DNA of 64,000 bases, taken from assembly GCA_964424225.1 (NCBI GenBank), contig CAYRID010000002.1, forward strand, positions 2,254 to 66,253, in the 5' to 3' direction. The DNA comes from an uncultured Geobacter sp. GTDB lineage: Bacteria > Myxococcota_A > UBA9160 > JADFDR01. The translations under genes and the position numbers were made by a program. How positions within the stretch are numbered: the stretch's first letter is position 1; each line of letters opens with the position of its first letter. The notes under the pieces were generated by a model. It had not been told where the DNA came from. It was given only the letters and a program-made list of their open reading frames with translations, and searched no databases. Shown piece by piece: positions 57,720-64,000 of the stretch.

Positions 57720-58667
57720 GTGGAGCGTGAATTCTCCAGGGATGCATGGGCTTTGATTCTTGGTGGCTCAAGTGGGTTTGGTTTGGCAACGGCTCAAAAA
57801 CTTGCCGCGCATGGAATGAACATCATTGCTGTGCATCGTGATCGACGCGGAGCCATGAAGAATATTGATCCGGAGTTTGACAAGATTCGCGCATCCGGCG
57901 TGCAGCTTCTTACTTTCAATGTTGATGCGCTCGATGCGTCGGTGCGCGCCGAGACGCTCGATGAAATTGCAAAGGCGCTTGGCGCCGGCGGCAAGATTCG
58001 CGTGCTTCTGCACTCCATTGCGTTTGGAAATCTCAAACTCATCGTGCCGGAAAAAGCAGCGGATCATTCTGCGATCAGCGCGCTGGCCAAGGCGCTTGGC
58101 CAAGATGCGCAAAGTTTGCAAGCCACCGTCGATCAACTCTTCGAACAAGGCCTCGATCACCTTGAAGGCATCGCTTCGGCGCCGCAGTACTCCAATGAAG
58201 TTTTCATCGACGAAGAAGATCTCGCACGCACGATCCATAGCATGGGGACGAGTCTTCTTGGTTGGACGCAAGAGATTCATCGCCGCGGTTTGTTTGCCAG
58301 TGATGCGCGGACCTTTGGGCTCACGAGCGAAGGCAATACGGTGGCGTGGAAGGGTTATGCGGCGGTGGCGGCGGCCAAAGTCGCGCTCGAATCGATTGCG
58401 CGCGCGATTGCGGTCGAATTTGCGCCGTACGGCCTGCGCTGCAACGTGATCCAAGCTGGTGTCACCGATACGCCCGCTTTGCGCTTGATCCCGGGTAGTT
58501 TGCAACTCAAGGCGAACGCGCGCTCGCGAAATCCGATGAAACGGCTCACGACACCGCAAGATGTTGCGGGCGTGATTTATCTTTTGGCAAAAGACGAAGC
58601 CGCTTGGATCAACGGCGAAGTGATTCGTGTCGACGGTGGAGAGCATATTTCGGGAGTAACACATTAA
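57720..58667 (+). CDS. Atypical SDR, enoyl-(ACP/CoA) reductase-like
   Basis: GTG at 57720 follows AAGGAG. The Gly motif ALILGGSSGFGLA is reminiscent of FabV/TER-type G(A/C)S(S/N)GYGLA. YAAVAAAK gives the Y-x6-K spacing used by FabI/FabL enoyl reductases. It is about 60 aa longer than classical SDRs. Confidence 0.55.
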   Translation: MEREFSRDAWALILGGSSGFGLATAQKLAAHGMNIIAVHRDRRGAMKNIDPEFDKIRASGVQLLTFNVDALDASVRAETLDEIAKALGAGGKIRVLLHSIAFGNLKLIVPEKAADHSAISALAKALGQDAQSLQATVDQLFEQGLDHLEGIASAPQYSNEVFIDEEDLARTIHSMGTSLLGWTQEIHRRGLFASDARTFGLTSEGNTVAWKGYAAVAAAKVALESIARAIAVEFAPYGLRCNVIQAGVTDTPALRLIPGSLQLKANARSRNPMKRLTTPQDVAGVIYLLAKDEAAWINGEVIRVDGGEHISGVTH

Positions 58668-59659
58668 TGTTGGAACTCCATGGTCTTGGCCATTTCCATC
58701 CCACGAACGAGATTACGAATCAGTTTCTTGAGGATCTCGATATTGGCACCAATGAGAAGTGGATCATGGAGCGCGTCGGGATTCGCTCGCGACGCACCGC
58801 GATGTCGCTCGATTACATTCGCACAACACGCAATCAGGATTTTCGTGCAGCGCTTGAGGCAACGGAATTTACGAATGCGTATGCCGGTGCGCGTGCGGCG
58901 GAGATGGCGATTGCCCGCGCAGGCATTGCAAAACAAGACATCGGACTCGTGATTGCCGGAACTTCGGCGGCAGACACCATGTCTCCGGCGGAAGCTTGCA
59001 ATGTGGCCCGCGAGCTTAACCTCGATGTGCCGGGCTTCGATATTAACTCGGCGTGTACGAGTTTTTATGCGGGAATGTATGCACTGAGTTTGATGCAACC
59101 GGACAAACTTCCGGCGTATGTGCTCTTGGTGACACCGGAACGTTTAACTACAACCGTCAACTACAACGATCGTTCTTCGGCGGTGCTTTGGGGGGATGCG
59201 GCGACGGCGGCTATCCTTTCGACCCAAGTGAAAGGTCGGGTGCAAGTTCTTGGCAACCGTCTGGAATCCAATCCGGCGGGCTCGGACAAAGTCGTCGTGC
59301 CGCGCGATGGTTTCTTTCACCAAGAAGGTCGCACGGTGCAGATGTTTGCGATCAAGAAGACGATACGCATGCTCGGACAGTTGCGTGACGAGTTCAGCGA
59401 CGGTGAGCGCACTTTGCATTTCGTCGGGCATCAAGCCAATTTGCGCATGCTTGAATCGGTTTGCCAGCAAATGAAGATCCCTCCCGAGCGTCATCACTAC
59501 AATGTCGATCGGTTTGGCAATACGGCATCGGCGGGTGCACCGTCGGTGATTTCGATGCTTTGGGATCAATGGACCGCGCACGACGATATTGCAGCGGCCG
59601 GTGTGGGTTCGGGTCTGACTTGGGGCGGTTTGTTGTTGCGTTTTCGAGGTGAAGCATGA
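58667..59659 (+). CDS. fabH: 3-oxoacyl-ACP synthase III (FabH-like)
   Basis: Cys in DINSACTSF, His in FVGHQAN, and Asn in FGNTASAG. The ATG shares an A with the preceding TAA. Confidence 0.8.
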   Translation: MLELHGLGHFHPTNEITNQFLEDLDIGTNEKWIMERVGIRSRRTAMSLDYIRTTRNQDFRAALEATEFTNAYAGARAAEMAIARAGIAKQDIGLVIAGTSAADTMSPAEACNVARELNLDVPGFDINSACTSFYAGMYALSLMQPDKLPAYVLLVTPERLTTTVNYNDRSSAVLWGDAATAAILSTQVKGRVQVLGNRLESNPAGSDKVVVPRDGFFHQEGRTVQMFAIKKTIRMLGQLRDEFSDGERTLHFVGHQANLRMLESVCQQMKIPPERHHYNVDRFGNTASAGAPSVISMLWDQWTAHDDIAAAGVGSGLTWGGLLLRFRGEA

Positions 59660-60252
59660 AGTACGAAGAATATCGTGCGCGAAACCATTTCACGCGTGAG
59701 GAAATTCTTGCGTTTGGACATGGCCGGTTGATCGAAGACGCACCGCCGGATTTTAAGACGAGGCTACCCGTGCCGCCGATGTTGATGCTTGATCGCGTGA
59801 CGCAAATCGAACGCAACAAACACCGCGGCAAGATCGTTGCGGAGCGCGATGTGCGTCTCGACGATTGGTTTTTCCAGTGTCACTTCCTCGGTGATCCGGT
59901 GCAGCCGGGCTGCCTTGGTGTCGACGCGATTTGGCAGATGATTGGGTTTTATTGCGCGTGGAACGGTGGTCTTGGTACCGGGCGCGCACTGGGTTGTGGC
60001 GAAGTTGAGTTCATGGGGCAGATTCGTCCGCGCGACGCAGTTGTGCGTTATGAGGTCGATATCGTGCGCTATGTCGATTTGCCGGCATCGGGTTCGTCGA
60101 TTGGTATCGGGGATGGTCGCGTGCTCGTGGACGATGAAGAGATTTATTTGGTCAAGCGTGCCAAGGTCGGAATTTTTCGCGATATCGATTATGCGGATTA
60201 TCCGTATCCCTCTGCGTTTTCGCGCGGCGGGAAAATGGACAAGAGCGAGTAA
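59656..60252 (+). CDS. fabA: 3-hydroxyacyl-ACP dehydratase / trans-2-cis-3-decenoyl-ACP isomerase family (FabA)
   Basis: LPVPPMLMLDRV...DDWFFQCHFLGDPVQPGCLGVDAIWQMIGFY...GRALGCGEVEFMGQIRP aligns almost motif for motif with E. coli FabA, including the catalytic His and Asp contexts. Confidence 0.9.
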   Translation: MKYEEYRARNHFTREEILAFGHGRLIEDAPPDFKTRLPVPPMLMLDRVTQIERNKHRGKIVAERDVRLDDWFFQCHFLGDPVQPGCLGVDAIWQMIGFYCAWNGGLGTGRALGCGEVEFMGQIRPRDAVVRYEVDIVRYVDLPASGSSIGIGDGRVLVDDEEIYLVKRAKVGIFRDIDYADYPYPSAFSRGGKMDKSE

Positions 60253-60417
60253 GTCGAACGGACTTGTTGGTCTTGCATGAAAATTCTCATGCGATTCGAA
60301 CGACTCCGAAGGGTGTCGCTCGAGTTCGAGCGAGGAGAATTTTGTGTACTGCAAACAAGAACGGGATTTGAATTGATTACGGCAAATCATGTGATGTGAG
60401 AAAGGGGCAAAAGAAGG

Positions 60418-61158
60418 ATGAGTGAAGAAGCGAATCACAAAAAATTCGCCCTCGTAACGGGCGGTGGCACGGGGATCGGCAGTGCCATTTGTCGTACGCT
60501 CGCAGCGAGCGGCTTTCGCGTGGCTGTGCATTATCGCTCAAGCGAAGCAGGAGCCAAGGCGCTGGCGGAGTCGCTGCCCGATGCGCTGACGATTCGTGCC
60601 GATATTTCAAATCCCGCTGAGATCGACAATATGATTGCCGAGTTGAAGGAGCACACGGAACACGTCGATGTGTTGGTGAACAACGCCGGCTACAACGTGA
60701 ACGCGCCGGTGATTCGTATGACACTCGAAGACTTCGATGCAGTGATGGGCGTCGAGCGCGGCACTTGGTATCTCACGAAGCTGATCTTGCGCCGCTTCAT
60801 GATGCGCAAGAACTCGGGTCGCATCATTAACATCTCAAGCGTGGTGGGGCACACCGGCAATCTTGGTCAAATGCCGTACACGATGGCCAAGGCTGGCATC
60901 GAGGCGATGACGAAGTCGCTCGCCAAGGAAGTGATGGATCGCGGAATTCTCGTCAATTCGATTGCTCCTGGTTTCATCGAGACAGAGATGACGAAGGTGC
61001 TCGCACCGGAAGTCCAGTCTGGAATTCTTGCGCAGATTCCACTGGGCCGGATGGGAAAGCCAGAAGAGGTAGCCGACGTCGTCGACTTTTTGGCGACGCG
61101 GGCAAGCTACATCACAGGCACGGTGATCCACGTTAACGGCGGCATGTACGGAGGCTGA
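60418..61158 (+). CDS. fabG: 3-oxoacyl-ACP reductase (FabG-like SDR)
   Basis: ALVTGGGTGIGSAI, LVNNAG, ISSVVG...YTMAKAG, and a C-terminal VNGGMY. Confidence 0.85.
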   Translation: MSEEANHKKFALVTGGGTGIGSAICRTLAASGFRVAVHYRSSEAGAKALAESLPDALTIRADISNPAEIDNMIAELKEHTEHVDVLVNNAGYNVNAPVIRMTLEDFDAVMGVERGTWYLTKLILRRFMMRKNSGRIINISSVVGHTGNLGQMPYTMAKAGIEAMTKSLAKEVMDRGILVNSIAPGFIETEMTKVLAPEVQSGILAQIPLGRMGKPEEVADVVDFLATRASYITGTVIHVNGGMYGG

Positions 61159-61163
61159 TCGCA

Positions 61164-61625
61164 ATGTCGGGGAAGGAACTAAGTCCAAAAGAAATTCTGG
61201 CGCTTTTGCCGCAGCAAGAACCATTTCGTTTTGTCGATGAGATTTTAGAAGTCGATGACGAGCATATCGTTGCAGCTTTTCGTTTTCGCCCGGAGATGGA
61301 TTTTTATCGCGGACATTTTCCAGGAAATCCTGTGACGCCTGGCGTCATTTTGATCGAGTCGATGGCGCAGGTCGGCGTGGTGGCCTTGGGCATTTATTTG
61401 CTTGGCAAAGAGTTGCCGCCCGAGGAGTTAAAAAAAATCGTGACTGTTTTCACCGATACGACGATGGAATTTACGGGAATGGTGAAACCCAAGGACCGCG
61501 TCATCATTACTGGCCGCAAACAGTTTTTCCGACGTCGAAAGCTGCGTTCAGAGGTTGAAATGCGTCTCGAAGATGGCAAAGTCGTTGCGTCGGGAACGGT
61601 TTCGGGAATGGGGATTGTGCAATGA
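61164..61625 (+). CDS. Hotdog-fold 3-hydroxyacyl-ACP dehydratase (FabZ-like)
   Basis: LPQQEPFRFVDEILEV...YRGHFPGNPVTPGVILIESMAQ (FabZ-type His and Glu contexts). Confidence 0.75.
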   Translation: MSGKELSPKEILALLPQQEPFRFVDEILEVDDEHIVAAFRFRPEMDFYRGHFPGNPVTPGVILIESMAQVGVVALGIYLLGKELPPEELKKIVTVFTDTTMEFTGMVKPKDRVIITGRKQFFRRRKLRSEVEMRLEDGKVVASGTVSGMGIVQ

Positions 61626-62899
61626 AACGGCGAGTCGTAATCACCGGGCTCGGAGTGGTCGCGCCGAATGCAAACGGCTTGCACAATTTCGAAGCTGCAT
61701 TACGCAAAGGCGTGTCAGGCATTCGCTTTCAGCCGAAATTGAAAGAGCTTGGGTTTGGTTGCCAAGTGGCGGGTGTTCCTCAGGGCATTGATGAGCTTGC
61801 ACCCACATATTTTGGCGAAGATGAACTTCTGGCGATGAATACGAGTCACCGTTTTGGTTGCATTGCGGCCGTCGATGCTTGGACGGATGCGGGTTTCGTG
61901 CGTCCGACACGAGAAAGTGACATCGTCGATTGGAGTGCGGGAGCGATTATTGGTACGGGCGTTGGTGGGCTCGATACTGCCGGCGAGAAGGTGATTCCGT
62001 ATACGGACGCGGGCAAAGTGCGTAGGCTCGGTAGCACTTCCGTCGAGCAAGTCATGGGGAGCGGTGTTTCAGCACGCGTGGCCGGGCTGCTCGCGCTTGG
62101 CAATCAAGTGACGAGCAATTCGAGTGCGTGCAGCACAGGTACCGAGGCGTTGGTCGAGGGGTATTATCGGATTCGCACGGGACTTGCCGAACGGATGCTT
62201 TGCGGTGGGAGTGAAGGTGCAAGTCACTATATTTGGGCGGGCTTCGATGCGATGCGCGTATTGTCACGCACCTTTAATGATGTGCCAGAGAAAGCTTCGC
62301 GCCCGATGAGTGCTTCGGCGGCAGGTTTTGTGCCTGGCTCGGGTGCGGGCGTACTTATGCTCGAAAGTTTGGAAAGTGCGCAGGCACGCGGAGCTCGAAT
62401 TTATGCAGAATTGCTCGGTGGCTTTCTTAATTGCGGTGGGCATCGCATGGGTGGCAGCATGACGGCGCCCAACCCGGTGAGTGTGCAGCGCTGCATCCAA
62501 GGTGCGCTTGCCGACGCGGGTTTGCGTTCGGAAGAAATCGATGCCATCGATGGGCATCTTACAGCGACTGGAGCAGACCCCAAGGAAGTTGCATCGTGGG
62601 CGAAGGCCCTCAATTGTACGCCGGAAAACTTCCCGGTGATTACGTCGACGAAATCCATGATTGGGCATGGTCTTGGTGCAGCCGGTGCGATTGAATCTGT
62701 CGCGACGGTATTGATGCTGCATGGTGGATTTGTGCATCCTTCGATCAATTGCGAAGATGTGCACCCGGAGATTGCGCCGTACGCAGCTTCGATTCCGCAT
62801 ACGCTGCGCGAGATGCCGAATCTTCGCATCATGATCAAAGCAGGGTTTGGTTTCGGGGATGTAAATTCCTGCGCTGTGTTCAAGAAATGGGAAGCCTGA
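61622..62899 (+). CDS. Beta-ketoacyl-ACP synthase I/II family (FabB/FabF-like)
   Basis: RVVITGLGVVAPNANG, active-site Cys in NSSACSTGTEAL, His in IDGHLTATG, and His in STKSMIGHGLGAAG. ATGA overlap with the dehydratase gene. Confidence 0.85.
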   Translation: MKRRVVITGLGVVAPNANGLHNFEAALRKGVSGIRFQPKLKELGFGCQVAGVPQGIDELAPTYFGEDELLAMNTSHRFGCIAAVDAWTDAGFVRPTRESDIVDWSAGAIIGTGVGGLDTAGEKVIPYTDAGKVRRLGSTSVEQVMGSGVSARVAGLLALGNQVTSNSSACSTGTEALVEGYYRIRTGLAERMLCGGSEGASHYIWAGFDAMRVLSRTFNDVPEKASRPMSASAAGFVPGSGAGVLMLESLESAQARGARIYAELLGGFLNCGGHRMGGSMTAPNPVSVQRCIQGALADAGLRSEEIDAIDGHLTATGADPKEVASWAKALNCTPENFPVITSTKSMIGHGLGAAGAIESVATVLMLHGGFVHPSINCEDVHPEIAPYAASIPHTLREMPNLRIMIKAGFGFGDVNSCAVFKKWEA

Positions 62900-63012
62900 G
62901 AAAACGCGCGTGTGCTTAGCGCGTTCGTAGCGAATGATCGCTGAATAACCGAAAAAAGTGTAAGAGAAGTTTTTGTAGCAGAAAAAGTCCAAAGGACACA
63001 AAGGAGACAGAA

Positions 63013-63261
63013 ATGGGTCAACAGGAGATTTTTAACAAGGTCGTCGAGATCTTGAAGCCTTATGCCAAGAATGAAGAAGCGCTCGCTTCGGTTTCGTTGC
63101 AAACGAATATCTTGGAAGATTTGAAAGTAAATTCGGCACGACTCGTCGATGTGGTGCTTGCGTTCGAAGATGCCTTCGATATCGAAATCGACGATGCGGA
63201 TGCCGATGCGGTGAATACCGTCGGTGATGCGGTGCGTTTGATTAGTGAAAAGGTTGGGTGA
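63013..63261 (+). CDS. Acyl carrier protein, atypical around the phosphopantetheine site
   Basis: 82 aa, acidic, with the helix pattern of ACPs. The putative attachment Ser lies in LEDLKVNSARLVDVVLAFEDAF rather than the housekeeping DLGxDSLD context. AAAGGAG RBS. Confidence 0.75.
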   Translation: MGQQEIFNKVVEILKPYAKNEEALASVSLQTNILEDLKVNSARLVDVVLAFEDAFDIEIDDADADAVNTVGDAVRLISEKVG

Positions 63262-63277
63262 GAAAGCACGCGCTGCC

Positions 63278-64000
63278 GTGACTGATCTTGCTTTTCGGAG
63301 CCGAACCGCACTTTACGTGCAGCGTGAGATTGGTCGGTTGCTCGGGCCGCTCTGGATTCCTGCGCTCGTTTCGATTATGCGCCTCAAGTTTCGCTGGAAG
63401 ATCAAGAACCGGCGTGAACTGAGGCGCAAGTTTCGTGAAATGGTGCGTGAGGAAAAGCGTCCCATTCTCATTTGCGCAAACCATCTTACGATGGTGGATT
63501 CGTTCTTGATTGCTTGGGCGATTGCACCGACGTGGTGGTACGTCCTGAATTTCTCGAAGCTCGCTTGGAATTTGCCAGAGCGACGCAATTTTGCGTCGAA
63601 TCCCGTGAACAGTTTTCTGGTTTATCTCATGAAGTGTTTGCCGGTAGTGCGTGGTGGTGCACGCGCGGATATTTCTGAAGTGTTGCGGCGTGTGATTTTC
63701 TTGCTTTCCCGCGGTGAGGTCGTGCTGATTTTTCCGGAAGGCGGGCGTAGCCGCACAGGGCGCGTTGAAGTGGAATCGGCGGCATACGGGGTCGGTCGCA
63801 TCGTGAATGCGGTGCCAGGTTGCCGTGTGCTTTGTGTGTATTTGCGTGGTGATCACCAGGAGAAACATTCGGATTATCCGATCGTTGGTGAAGAGTTCGA
63901 TGTAGTGTTGTCCTGGATTGAGCCGAAGACCGACAAAAAAGGTTTGCGTGCCACAGTAGAGATTTCGCAGCAAATTTTGGGGCATATCGCCGAGATGGAA
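63278..64000 (+). CDS. PlsC/LPLAT-family acyltransferase, 3' end beyond window (not in the ORF track)
   Basis: Hand translation of frame 2 gives VTDLAFRS...KRPILICANHLTMVDSFL (H-x4-D) ...VVLIFPEGGRSRTG... and is open to base 64000. There is an in-frame stop at 63239-63241. Possible starts are GTG 63245, TTG 63254 and GTG 63278. Confidence 0.75.
   Translation, partial: MTDLAFRSRTALYVQREIGRLLGPLWIPALVSIMRLKFRWKIKNRRELRRKFREMVREEKRPILICANHLTMVDSFLIAWAIAPTWWYVLNFSKLAWNLPERRNFASNPVNSFLVYLMKCLPVVRGGARADISEVLRRVIFLLSRGEVVLIFPEGGRSRTGRVEVESAAYGVGRIVNAVPGCRVLCVYLRGDHQEKHSDYPIVGEEFDVVLSWIEPKTDKKGLRATVEISQQILGHIAEME

Noticed and set aside
60277-60399. 40-codon ORF (MKILMRFERLRRVSLEFERGEFCVLQTRTGFELITANHVM) in the fabA-fabG gap
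   Set aside because: It has no Shine-Dalgarno sequence and overlaps the palindromes, which are more simply read as regulatory or RNA structure. It is below any length at which I can judge coding potential.

Overview
This looks like a chromosomal segment from a moderately GC-rich Gram-negative bacterium. Pal, lipoproteins and an OM-type protein support Gram-negative. A deltaproteobacterial/Myxococcota-like origin is only my impression from protein style. I support about 58 protein genes, one tRNA(CAU), three or four intrinsic terminators and a few candidate regulatory sites. I saw no rRNA, CRISPR array, transposase, integrase or phage genes.

Most of the window is core housekeeping:
- 1-3.5 kb: gshA, a Grx-TrxR fusion and a PAS/DHp/REC protein.
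- 3.5-13.5 kb, minus strand: rng-rplU-rpmA-obg-proB-proA-nadD::rsfS-gpmI-comF.
- 14.3-18.3 kb: HNH, a ParA-like ATPase, a J-like/HTH protein, rluD and pgeF.
- 18.7-32.7 kb, plus strand: rho-rpmE-prfA-prmC-murA-hisDBH-(lipoprotein)-hisAF-rpsU-dnaG-rpoD.
- 45-56.7 kb: cimA, a pseudouridine synthase, an SDR, sppA, thiI, pal and an exonuclease-DinG helicase.

Two segments look accessory:
1. 34.4-45 kb, downstream of the tRNA: TetR, a TPR-zincin, and a minus-strand locus of two uncharacterised lipoproteins, an OM-barrel-like protein and a 1110-aa S8 protease.
2. 56.8-64.0 kb: a self-contained type II FAS-like cluster that runs off the window. It encodes two SDRs, FabH-, FabA-, FabG-, FabZ- and FabB/F-like enzymes, an atypical ACP and a PlsC-type acyltransferase. 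The acyltransferase is missing from the ORF track because it has no stop codon in the window.

The FAS-like cluster is my best candidate for a specialised, possibly undescribed lipid pathway. Other points worth a second look:
- an Ile-codon-rich leader peptide plus terminator/antiterminator upstream of cimA
- a gshA-linked Grx-TrxR fusion
- a NadD-RsfS fusion
- a kinase-less PAS-DHp-REC protein
- an RG-rich N-terminal extension on Rho
- two unusually long leaders (rng, rho)

All functional calls come from reading the translations against remembered family motifs. No searches were run.
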